From: Pyrinomonadaceae bacterium
GTDB taxonomy: Bacteria; Acidobacteriota; Blastocatellia; Pyrinomonadales; Pyrinomonadaceae
DNA length: 64,000 nucleotides
Direction: 5' to 3'
NCBI GenBank assembly: GCA_046155085.1
Contig: JBJXEG010000011.1
Location: forward strand, 240,855 to 304,854
The position numbers and the translations under genes were made by a program. Below, in pieces: positions 36,938 to 44,981 of the stretch; within the stretch, counting starts at the first letter, position 1; every line of letters begins with the position of its first letter. The notes below the pieces were generated by a model. The model was not told where the DNA came from. It did not search any database and was given only the letters and a program-made list of their open reading frames with translations.

Positions 36938-37256
36938 CCAATATGGTGAAGATAACCTCAAACGAAATATACAAATTTGTAAAATCGATCGAGGGTAAAA
37001 CTGTAAGAACCAGAACTGGGCGTGATTTTCTGGTTCGCGTTGAGGGGGAGAAGTTAATTTACACACCTCAATCTTCCGCTAAAGCCCGGAAGCAGTATCG
37101 AAAGGTAGTTGACCGCGTTTGCCAACAAGTATCAGCAACGAACTCGTTTCGCCTCAGTGATTATACGTCTTATACCGTTAACGGATCATACATCCTGGCT
37201 CTGATTCAGGAATATATCTCTCGAGGAGATTCGCAGTAATTAAAAACCCTTTGCTA
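36938..37256. mobile_element. inserted segment between the two copies of the nrdA 3' end
   Basis: Flanked by GCGTGTGAAGCATGTCAGTGAA (36916-36937) and GCGTGTGAAGCTTGTCGGTAAA (37257-37278). It contains only ORF 36943-37239. Confidence 0.4.
36943..37239 (+). CDS. hypothetical 98-aa basic protein, no family recognised
   Basis: ORF in track. It starts 6 nt after the nrdA stop and is AT-richer than its flanks. Confidence 0.5.
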   Translation: MVKITSNEIYKFVKSIEGKTVRTRTGRDFLVRVEGEKLIYTPQSSAKARKQYRKVVDRVCQQVSATNSFRLSDYTSYTVNGSYILALIQEYISRGDSQ

Positions 37257-37278
37257 GCGTGTGAAGCTTGTCGGTAAA
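37257..37278 (+). repeat. relic duplicate of nrdA 3' end (reads LACEACR-stop)
   Basis: 19 of 22 nt are identical to 36916-36937. In frame, CTA GCG TGT GAA GCT TGT CGG TAA. Confidence 0.8.
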
Positions 37279-37284
37279 TAAGCC

Positions 37285-37668
37285 ATGAGAGATTATGTTG
37301 TATATAACAATCCAGATTCAGTAGGCGATCTATACAAAGAAAATCCGTTATGCGTATTCACGGACAAAAAAGTGTCAACTGAGGTAATTGGCTCTCGTGT
37401 TTGGTTAATTGTTGGCGAAGGCCGCCCAAGAAGTTATTTTTTGCGATGCTGGTTCTTTGTCGATGATATCGATCGGGGAAAAGAACGCGGCTTCGCCACA
37501 AAGCTAAGTGGGTCAGAAGGAGTGGTGTTCGAGCCAATGACTTTACTTCCCGGCGATGAGGAGTGGTTTCTCTCGTTCAAAAAGGATCAAGGCAATTTTG
37601 CATTTGGATTTAGTTCCATCAAAAACGGCCAGACCATTGTTCATCTCGAACAAATCGCCCAGGTGTGA
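37285..37668 (+). CDS. hypothetical 127-aa protein, no family recognised
   Basis: ORF in track. It starts 7 nt after the relic stop. I count about 36 G+C in its first 100 nt by hand. Confidence 0.5.
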   Translation: MRDYVVYNNPDSVGDLYKENPLCVFTDKKVSTEVIGSRVWLIVGEGRPRSYFLRCWFFVDDIDRGKERGFATKLSGSEGVVFEPMTLLPGDEEWFLSFKKDQGNFAFGFSSIKNGQTIVHLEQIAQV

Positions 37669-37683
37669 ATCAACAAAATTATT

Positions 37684-38682
37684 ATGCTGTTAGATCAAGG
37701 TTTCAACTTAACGCTTCGTCCGATGAAGTATCCGCAGTTTTATGAGATGTATAAAAATGCGATCAAGAATACGTGGACGGTCGAGGAGGTCGATTTTTCG
37801 ACCGATGTAAACGACCTGCGTAACAAGATGACGCCGTCTGAGCGGCATATGATCAATCGTCTGGTGGCGTTTTTTGCGACCGGCGATTCGATCGTATCGA
37901 ACAATCTAGTTCTAAATCTCTACAAACACATTAATTCGCCCGAGGCTCGGATGTATCTGTCGCGGCAGCTTTATGAGGAAGCTGTCCACGTTCAGTTTTA
38001 TCTGACGCTGCTAGACACCTACATTCCCGACCACCACGAGAGGGAGCAGGCGTTTGCGGCGGTGCAGAATATTCCGTCGATCCATAAAAAGGCCGAGTTT
38101 TGTTTCAAATGGATAGATTCGATCCAGAATCTCCATGCTCTTGAGACCAAGGAAGACCGCAAACAATTTCTGCTCAATCTGATCTGCTTTGCGACCTGTA
38201 TCGAAGGCCTGTTTTTCTTCGCGGCCTTTGCTTATGTATATTTTCTGCGTTCCAAAGGTTTGCTCCATGGCCTCGCGGCGGGGACAAATTGGGTCTTCCG
38301 CGACGAGTCGGCACACATGGCGTTTGCACTCGACGTGATCAAAGAGGTACGCAACGAAGAGCCTGAACTTTTTGACGAACCGCTTCACCGCCAGATCGTC
38401 GAGATGATCGACGAAGCCGTGACGTGCGAAATGCAGTTTGCCGAGGACATCCTATCCGGTGGCATTTCAGGTTTGTCAGTTGCCGATATGCGTCAATACC
38501 TCGAATTCGTTGCCGACCAACGGCTCATCATGCTAGGCATGCAAAAGGTCTACGGCGCAAAAAACCCGTTCTCATTCATGGACCTGCAGGACGTTCAGGA
38601 ACTCGCCAATTTCTTCGAACGCCGCGTCTCGGCCTACCAGGTCGCCGTGGCGGGCGATGTGAGTTTTAACGAATCTTTTTAG
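37684..38682 (+). CDS. nrdB: class Ia ribonucleotide reductase beta subunit
   Basis: Di-iron/radical motifs FATGDSIV, EEAVHVQFY (ExxH plus Tyr) and RDESAHM. Confidence 0.92.
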   Translation: MLLDQGFNLTLRPMKYPQFYEMYKNAIKNTWTVEEVDFSTDVNDLRNKMTPSERHMINRLVAFFATGDSIVSNNLVLNLYKHINSPEARMYLSRQLYEEAVHVQFYLTLLDTYIPDHHEREQAFAAVQNIPSIHKKAEFCFKWIDSIQNLHALETKEDRKQFLLNLICFATCIEGLFFFAAFAYVYFLRSKGLLHGLAAGTNWVFRDESAHMAFALDVIKEVRNEEPELFDEPLHRQIVEMIDEAVTCEMQFAEDILSGGISGLSVADMRQYLEFVADQRLIMLGMQKVYGAKNPFSFMDLQDVQELANFFERRVSAYQVAVAGDVSFNESF

Positions 38683-38839
38683 GTGTCGATCCAGACTTGT
38701 TCTTTCCGAAGAGCCACGTCCAACGACTCAAAAAAATCGCAAAGTGACCCGGTACACGCTCAAATCAGGTCGGACATCGCGGAGTATTACCATCGATCGC
38801 TCCACCAACCCAGCTGGCCGAAGTTTCCCCAACAAAAGA

Positions 38840-39646
38840 TCACGGTTTAGACGGCAGGCGCAGCTCCCCGATCTCTCGGCGAAGGGCGCGGACCTCATCG
38901 AGGATTATCTGGGTGTGAGCCGCTTCGGCGCCCTTGAGATCTTCGGCTACCTGCGACTGCATGGCATTGACGACCACCGCGATAAATAAATTCAACACCA
39001 TGAACGTCGCGATCAGCAGGTAGGTGACAAAGAATATCCAAGCGTAGGGCGACTGCTCCATCAACCCGCGCGCAATATCGGGCCACCCTTCGACCGTCAT
39101 CACCTGGAACAGCGTGAACAGCGAGGCTCCCAGACTGCCGAAGTACTCTGGAGAGATCGCCCCAAACAATTTCGTAGCCATTACCGCCGATACGTATAGC
39201 ACGAGAGCCATCAGGCCGATGATCGAGGCCATGCCCGGCAATGCCGTGAGCAGGGCGTTAACCACCCCGCGCATCGAGGGAACCATCGAGATCAACCGCA
39301 TTGCACGCAGCACACGCAGGGAGCGAAGGACGCTGAACGCACCGCTTGCCGGCATCAAAGCGATACCTACGATCACGAAATCGAACACTCGCCACGGATC
39401 GTGAAAGTAGCGGCTACGATATACAAAAAAGCGCAATGACAACTCGAGCACAAAGACCCCGAGCACCGCCCGGTCGATCGCATACAGCAGGCCGCCAAAG
39501 CTGGCGACAATCGCTGGCGAGGTTTCGATTCCGAGGGTGATCGCGTTCGCGACGATCAGAGCGATGATCGCTCGATCAAAAAATGGATGCTCGATGAAGA
39601 AGCGAACGCGCTCGCGCAAGCTAGGTAAGGTTGTGAAATCGGTCAT
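38840..39646 (-). CDS. bacterial voltage-gated sodium channel homolog (NaChBac/BacNav family)
   Basis: S4 is SVLRSLRVLRAMRLISMVPSMR (Arg every third residue). The pore LFTLFQVMTVEGWPDI compares with NaChBac LFTLFQVVTLESWAS. The likely start is MTDFTTL (ATG 39646). Confidence 0.85.
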   Translation of the reverse strand: MTDFTTLPSLRERVRFFIEHPFFDRAIIALIVANAITLGIETSPAIVASFGGLLYAIDRAVLGVFVLELSLRFFVYRSRYFHDPWRVFDFVIVGIALMPASGAFSVLRSLRVLRAMRLISMVPSMRGVVNALLTALPGMASIIGLMALVLYVSAVMATKLFGAISPEYFGSLGASLFTLFQVMTVEGWPDIARGLMEQSPYAWIFFVTYLLIATFMVLNLFIAVVVNAMQSQVAEDLKGAEAAHTQIILDEVRALRREIGELRLPSKP

Positions 39647-39891
39647 ATTCGTTGTGCCTTGTTGTGGCATACAGAACCACAGCCAACATCAAGGATCCTT
39701 TTGTCCTGGGGAGACTCGAGTTTCTCGACATCCAGTTCGAGGCGCTTTTGCACCACGCCGCGCCAGTAATTGTCTATAATCCGCGCGACCACTCCTTTCT
39801 TAACGTCGTAGTTCGCGTCAAACCTCTCTGCATCGTCGTGAAAATAGTCACGAACTTTTTCCTCAACCTTACCCAAGAGTTCTTGTTTCAT
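39643..39891 (-). pseudogene. 82-aa ORF = N-terminal remnant of a class I SAM methyltransferase
   Basis: It ends just after motif I (KRILDVGCGS). ATGA overlaps occur at both ends (terC stop / its ATG; its stop / channel ATG). Confidence 0.45.
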
Positions 39892-40865
39892 ATATTTTTT
39901 TCTACTCCTTCGCTTTGCGGAAAGATAAGCGACAACATGATCGATCCTGAGATAACCGTCAGGATAAACCCAAGTGAATATGAGATCGGGAACTTTCCGT
40001 CGAATAAATTATTCAACCAGACCATCTTTAGTCCGACAAAAACCAAAACTATCGCAAGGCCGTATTTCAATAAATAAAACTTGTCGATCACGCCGGCAAG
40101 CATGAAATACAACGACCGAAGGCCGAGTATCGCAAATATATTCGAGGTGAAAACAATAAAAGGCTCTTTCGTTACGGCAAAGATCGCGGGAACGCTGTCA
40201 ACCGCAAATATGATGTCGGTGGCTTCTAGAAACAGCAAAGCAATGAACAAAGGGGTTGCATGCCAACGGTCGCCTATCCTTAGGAAGAAACTCTTGCCGT
40301 CGATCTTATTCGTAACCGGCATGAACTTTCGAAATATTCGGATCAGCAGATTCTTTTCCGGCTTGATCTCTTCGTTACTCGTAAAAAACATCTTGATGCC
40401 GGTAATTATCAAAAATCCGCCAAACAGATAGATTACCCAGTGAAACTGCATTAGTGCGGATCCCATGGCGATAAAGATCGCTCTAAAAATAAGCGCTCCC
40501 ATAATGCCGTAAAACAGCACGCGGTGCTTATACTTAGCCGGGATGCCAAAGTAGCCGAACACCAGCACAAAGATGAATATGTTATCGACCGACAGCGAAT
40601 ACTCGAGAACGTAACCGGTTAGGAATTCGAGCGTCGATGTCCTCGCGACATCAGCCCCAAAATTAGTCAATGTGTATTGATAAAATCCCCCGGAAAATAC
40701 CAACGCAAGCGCGACCCATATCGCGCTCCAGATAGTCGCCTCCTTAAATGAGACGACGTGTTCCTTTCGATTGAAAACGCCTAGGTCGATGGCGAGCATC
40801 GCCAGTACAAACACCAGAAATCCCGCGTAGAACAGCCAATACTCAACAAACGGAAATAGAGTCAT
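39888..40865 (-). CDS. terC: TerC-family integral membrane protein (Alx/YkoY-like)
   Basis: Multi-TM protein. MTLFPFVEYWLFYAGFLVFVLAMLAIDLGVF...YVLEYSLSVDNIFIF is the TerC signature. A GGGAG RBS precedes ATG 40865. Confidence 0.88.
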   Translation of the reverse strand: MTLFPFVEYWLFYAGFLVFVLAMLAIDLGVFNRKEHVVSFKEATIWSAIWVALALVFSGGFYQYTLTNFGADVARTSTLEFLTGYVLEYSLSVDNIFIFVLVFGYFGIPAKYKHRVLFYGIMGALIFRAIFIAMGSALMQFHWVIYLFGGFLIITGIKMFFTSNEEIKPEKNLLIRIFRKFMPVTNKIDGKSFFLRIGDRWHATPLFIALLFLEATDIIFAVDSVPAIFAVTKEPFIVFTSNIFAILGLRSLYFMLAGVIDKFYLLKYGLAIVLVFVGLKMVWLNNLFDGKFPISYSLGFILTVISGSIMLSLIFPQSEGVEKNI

Positions 40866-40924
40866 TTTTTCTCCCTCGCTACACACAACCAGTAACAAAA
40901 TTAGGTCGGCTTGTTAGTCGACCA

Positions 40925-41875
40925 TTAGTTCCGATCGATCGCTCCGTTCAGAATTCGGGCGATTTGTTTCACTGCGGTGATCTCCTCGTCGCAGATCCGG
41001 GGGCCGCCGGAAGGGGAATCGGAATCGCCGCCCGAGACTTCGGCGACCAGTGTGCATTGTGATATCAGGCTATATTTCTGCTCCGCATGTTCGTCGTCGG
41101 AGAGTGTTTCCAAACCGGCTCTTAGTTTCTTAAGCGATTCCTGGAAAACCTCCTCTTTGGGGCTCAGCTCCAACCAGCCAAGCAATTGGTTCAAATTCTC
41201 GTTGTTCGGATCAATACCAAGGTCAAACATGGAATCGAAGATAAATTGCCGTTCCCGTTTTGTTATCCGCCCATCCGCCCACGCGACCTTTACAAGCGGC
41301 AGCAGTTTAAGGTGATCATCGATACTGTTTTTCTTAGCGGCGGATGCACCCCCCGGTTGTTTCTCTTCCAAAACGGAGAAGCGTTTTTCCGTTTCTTCAA
41401 GCTTGCCTTTCTCGCTTTCACCACTTGTATGCCCACGCCACATACCGAATATTTGTTTTTGTCCGAGTTCGGCTACATACCTCGTTTGCCCGAGCATGAG
41501 CGACGAGATCGCAGCGGTCTGGCCGACCGGCAGACCTGACATCAGATCAGCGATACCGTCCCACAAACTTTCGATCATTGCTGCATGCGGCCGGCTCGAA
41601 AGCCTGGTCATGATTTCGATAAAATTCTTGTCGTCGTTCAGCAGCCCGTAGATCTCAGCCGTTTTCAGAATTGCGTTCTGTTCGGCCCTCCCTACTCGTC
41701 CATCTACCCACGCGACCTCGATCATCGGTGTCAGCATTAGCAAATATGAGTCGTCGGTCGTTGAACCGCTAAGGTGTAAAAAGTTGCGGATACGTCGGGC
41801 GTAGCCGTTGAATTGTTGTTCTCTTTTAGATTGACTTCGATATTCCGAGATGCCGTGCATTAAGAAATCATTCAT
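40925..41875 (-). CDS. tandem TerB-like domain protein
   Basis: Two repeats, MIEVAWVDGRVGRAEQNAI and LVKVAWADGRITKRERQFI. An AAGGAG RBS precedes ATG 41875. Confidence 0.6.
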   Translation of the reverse strand: MNDFLMHGISEYRSQSKREQQFNGYARRIRNFLHLSGSTTDDSYLLMLTPMIEVAWVDGRVGRAEQNAILKTAEIYGLLNDDKNFIEIMTRLSSRPHAAMIESLWDGIADLMSGLPVGQTAAISSLMLGQTRYVAELGQKQIFGMWRGHTSGESEKGKLEETEKRFSVLEEKQPGGASAAKKNSIDDHLKLLPLVKVAWADGRITKRERQFIFDSMFDLGIDPNNENLNQLLGWLELSPKEEVFQESLKKLRAGLETLSDDEHAEQKYSLISQCTLVAEVSGGDSDSPSGGPRICDEEITAVKQIARILNGAIDRN

Positions 41876-41909
41876 TCGCACACTCCTTTTGTTCTGAGTC
41901 TGCGAACGC

Positions 41910-41947
41910 AAAAAGACCTCTCGCAGACTAAAGCCGCAAAAGGTCTC
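41910..41947 (-). terminator. intrinsic terminator / riboswitch expression platform
   Basis: The minus-strand RNA GAGACCUUUUGCGG-CUUUAGU-CUGCGAGAGGUCUUUUU forms a 13-bp stem (with G-U pairs) followed by a U5 run. Its 5' half is the conserved 3' segment of the aptamer. Confidence 0.65.
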
Positions 41948-42050
41948 GAAATTTCCCGACGCACCGGCTCGCTTGGCTATTTATGCGAACGTATTGACGA
42001 TGTCGTGGACCTCTGTGTAAACAGAGGGATCTACTCCCCAACTAAATTGT
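41935..42050 (-). ncRNA. yybP-ykoY-like (Mn2+) riboswitch aptamer
   Basis: The minus strand reads ...UUAGUUGGGGAGUAG AUCCCUCUGUUUACACAGAGG...ACAUCGUCAAUACG...GCGUCGGGAAAUUUCGAGACCUUUU. It contains the hallmark GGGGAGUAG and GAGACCUUU segments. It sits in the leader of a TerC-family operon, the classical context for this riboswitch. Confidence 0.6.
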
Positions 42051-42056
42051 TTTTAA

Positions 42057-42085
42057 AAGATAGCGAAACCTTACCGAATTGTCAA
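42057..42085 (-). promoter_or_regulatory. promoter TTGACA-N17-TATCTT upstream of the riboswitch
   Basis: Minus strand: -35 at 42085-42080 and -10 at 42062-42057. The predicted TSS is about 7 nt before the aptamer begins. Confidence 0.45.
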
Positions 42086-42173
42086 GTATTACTTATTGAG
42101 CGGATCGCACGGTGTGTAGGTGAGGAGATGTCACGTCATTTTACGCCGAAGCACTCTGACGCGGCATGCATGA

Positions 42174-42578
42174 TCACTCATATGTCCGGCCGCCGTGTTT
42201 TAGCCATCCGGCCTGATGGCGGTTTGCCGGGTCGTGATGCGTCCAGTGGATAAGGCCGCCTTGGTCATTCCAAATATACTCACCGCTAAAGCCAACAGTG
42301 TCGCCGACCTCTAGATCGTCGATGCGCCGGGCGACATCGAGATTGTGTTGGATCAGAACGGTCTGTCCGGATGCAACATACAGGATAATTCGTTGATGCG
42401 GCGTGCCGGAGCGGTCGTCTAAGAGCATGCGTAAAACGGTGCCTTCGCCGGTGACCTGTACATTTGTCGCTTTGGCATCGAAAGCCTTTTGCACGCTACC
42501 TGCCGTCTGCTGGTCCTGTCCGCATGCGGCCAATAGAGCGACTAGGACGAATACGCCAAACACCAAAGATCTTCTCAT
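42174..42578 (-). CDS. DUF3465-like lipoprotein
   Basis: MRRSLVFGVFVLVALLAAC lipobox. HQRIILYVASGQTVLIQHNLD...GEYIWNDQGGLIHWTHHDP fits the family pattern. Confidence 0.6.
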   Translation of the reverse strand: MRRSLVFGVFVLVALLAACGQDQQTAGSVQKAFDAKATNVQVTGEGTVLRMLLDDRSGTPHQRIILYVASGQTVLIQHNLDVARRIDDLEVGDTVGFSGEYIWNDQGGLIHWTHHDPANRHQAGWLKHGGRTYE

Positions 42579-42619
42579 CAGGTTATGATAAGCCAATCGG
42601 CCCCCATCAGGAAAAACTA

Positions 42620-42946
42620 TTAAAAAATGACTGTTAGCGTCGCAACATGAAAGACGGCGATAAAAAGGTTGCTTATCACAACCGGGTTTCTTAGCGTCCC
42701 CACCGTAAGTGGTGTCGTCAGTTTGTAGACGATCTGAACGAACAACAATGCTGCGACAGCATCATTTCGTGGATGAGCCAAAAGCATTGCGGAACAAATG
42801 AGGATAGCAAAATATATCGAATGTAATATGCCGCGAGCGGGTGTTTTTTCTCCATAACTTTCCCTCGCCCAATCTGCGTTTCTAGCAATACCTGCGCAGA
42901 CCGGAATGAGGACCAAGATGTTGAGAAGTAATGACAATTGGATCAT
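42620..42946 (-). CDS. hypothetical 4-TM membrane protein
   Basis: The hydrophobic ORF in the track extends to 43066. The start is uncertain (MIQLSLL at 42946 is favoured). Confidence 0.45.
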   Translation of the reverse strand: MIQLSLLLNILVLIPVCAGIARNADWARESYGEKTPARGILHSIYFAILICSAMLLAHPRNDAVAALLFVQIVYKLTTPLTVGTLRNPVVISNLFIAVFHVATLTVIF

Positions 42947-43146
42947 CAATTTCGTTGTTTCTCCTAAATTTTCGGTTAATTTGATACGTTCTTCCGGACT
43001 TTGAAGCGACGTTCGCCGTTTACTACTTCGGCCTTCCACACGTGTTGGATTCAGCGAAATTGCCAAAGGGCACTCCGTCGAAATTCGTGATAAGGATCGA
43101 ATGGGTTATTATTTCCTTTTCGTACCCGTAACCTATAAATCATTTT

Positions 43147-44124
43147 ATGACCGGACAAATTACAAATTTTATCAAGCACCACTATCGCCATTTCAATTCG
43201 GCGGCGTTGATCGATGCGTCTGAGGCTTATGTCAAACATCTCGCAAGTGGCGGCAAGATGATGATAACGCTTGCGGGGGCGATGTCGACGGCGGAGTTGG
43301 GCCTAAGCCTGGCCGAGATGATCCGGCAGGACAAAGTGCAGATAATCTCTTGCACGGGAGCGAATCTTGAGGAAGATCTGTTCAACCTCGTCGCTCACGA
43401 TTTTTACGAGCGGGTGCCGCATTACCGCGACCTGACGCCGGCCGACGAACAGGAACTGCTCGACCGTCACATGAACCGCGTGACCGACACCTGCATCCCC
43501 GAGATGGAAGCGATGCGGCGGCTGGAGAAAGCGATGGTGGATGTCTGGACTGCGGCTGACGCAGCCGGAGAGCAGTATTTTCCACATGAATTTATGTATC
43601 AGGTGCTCAAAAACGGCTCGCTTGAGGAGTATTACCAGATCGATCTCAAAGACTCGTGGATGTACGCCGCGATGGAGAAAAACCTTCCGATGGTCGTGCC
43701 GGGCTGGGAAGATTCGACGATGGGCAATATGTTCGCCGGCCACGTCATCACCGGCGATATCAAAAACGTGCACACCGTCCGCACCGGCATCGAATATATG
43801 ATGTCGCTCGCCGAATGGTACACCGCGAATGCGACCGACGATTCGACCATCGGATTCTTCCAGATCGGCGGGGGCATCGCAGGCGATTTCCCGATCTGCG
43901 TCGTTCCGATGCTGCACCAGGACCTCCAACGCGACGGCGTCCCCGTCTGGGGCTATTTCTGTCAAATATCAGACTCAACGACGTCGTACGGATCTTATTC
44001 GGGAGCTGTACCGAATGAGAAGATCACCTGGGGCAAGCTCGAAGCAACGACGCCAAAATTCATCGTCGAATCTGACGCCTCGATCGTCGCACCGCTGATG
44101 TTTGCTTATATTCTTGCCTGGTAA
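43147..44124 (+). CDS. deoxyhypusine synthase-like protein
   Basis: HYRHFNSAALIDA...MMITLAGAMSTAELG...IISCTGANLEEDLFNL is typical of the DHS family. Confidence 0.8.
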   Translation: MTGQITNFIKHHYRHFNSAALIDASEAYVKHLASGGKMMITLAGAMSTAELGLSLAEMIRQDKVQIISCTGANLEEDLFNLVAHDFYERVPHYRDLTPADEQELLDRHMNRVTDTCIPEMEAMRRLEKAMVDVWTAADAAGEQYFPHEFMYQVLKNGSLEEYYQIDLKDSWMYAAMEKNLPMVVPGWEDSTMGNMFAGHVITGDIKNVHTVRTGIEYMMSLAEWYTANATDDSTIGFFQIGGGIAGDFPICVVPMLHQDLQRDGVPVWGYFCQISDSTTSYGSYSGAVPNEKITWGKLEATTPKFIVESDASIVAPLMFAYILAW

Positions 44125-44137
44125 ATGGGTAAGTCCA

Positions 44138-44890
44138 CTATTCCACAGGTCGAAAATTGCTGTATCGAGTGTAGAGATCATCATCGGAAATCTTGATGCG
44201 ACTTATTACCTTTCCTTGACCGTTGCGGTCGTAAACGGTAACCGTGCGATACCCATCAAAATTCTCGACGATTGCGAATGTATGTAGTCGGTTGCCCTCT
44301 ATCTTTGCGAAGTCGGTCGCTGTTCCGCCATAAACACGAAATGCATCGACGCATTTTAGCTTCTTGTTGTAAGCGATGTTCGGGTACTCCGCAGAATTTT
44401 CGATATGTACAAGCTTGTCTGAAATTTTGTCGTAGATCAACAATGTTCGAATTTTGTTGGCACCTCGTGCCGCTATGCCGGAGATAAAAGTTAAGTCTTT
44501 CAGACCGTCCCCGTTGAAATCCCGAAACTTTGGGTCAGCTTGATCAATAGCGTCATCGGCGATCTCGAGCGTTTGTTTTAATTCCCATTTTTTTGCACTA
44601 TCCATTGAGTAAAATCTAATGACCGCAAGGTTATCCGAGTGATAAGTGCGGAACTCGCCGCGTTTCACTATCTGCATTTCGATCCTATTGTGTCGGGGGC
44701 GGCCGATTATTGACTGATTTGAATAACTCTCTAAAACTTCCTTAGAATTTGGGTCTGATTGAGACGGGTTCGGCTCTAAAATTTCTGTCGTTTGATCTTT
44801 AACTGATGACGAGATCGGCACGGAAACTTTATCGTATTGACAAGATACCGCGGAGCAAACGAAGAATAGGATTAAGAGCCGCAATCTCAT
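44138..44890 (-). CDS. hypothetical lipoprotein with FG-GAP/VCBS-like DFNGDGLKDL motif
   Basis: MRLRLLILFFVCSAVSC signal/lipobox. AT-richer than its neighbours. Confidence 0.5.
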   Translation of the reverse strand: MRLRLLILFFVCSAVSCQYDKVSVPISSSVKDQTTEILEPNPSQSDPNSKEVLESYSNQSIIGRPRHNRIEMQIVKRGEFRTYHSDNLAVIRFYSMDSAKKWELKQTLEIADDAIDQADPKFRDFNGDGLKDLTFISGIAARGANKIRTLLIYDKISDKLVHIENSAEYPNIAYNKKLKCVDAFRVYGGTATDFAKIEGNRLHTFAIVENFDGYRTVTVYDRNGQGKVISRIKISDDDLYTRYSNFRPVE

Positions 44891-44981
44891 AGGAGAGTAC
44901 TTCAAATAAAAACTACTATAACATTATAGTTATAGTCGTTTAGCCTTTATCGCCCAATCTCGTGGTGTATGATATTAACTT

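Noticed and set aside
40866-40924. Mn riboswitch directly upstream of terC
   Set aside because: The spacer is only 59 nt. The riboswitch-like element lies further upstream, before the terB-like first gene (see the finding).
43303-43965. 220-aa antisense ORF and several other overlapping ORFs inside the deoxyhypusine-synthase-like gene
   Set aside because: The DHS-like frame is clearly the coding one. The others are rich in Arg and Pro and are frame artefacts. The same reasoning applies to 17202-17813, 47873-48508, 61220-61825 and 62179-62688.
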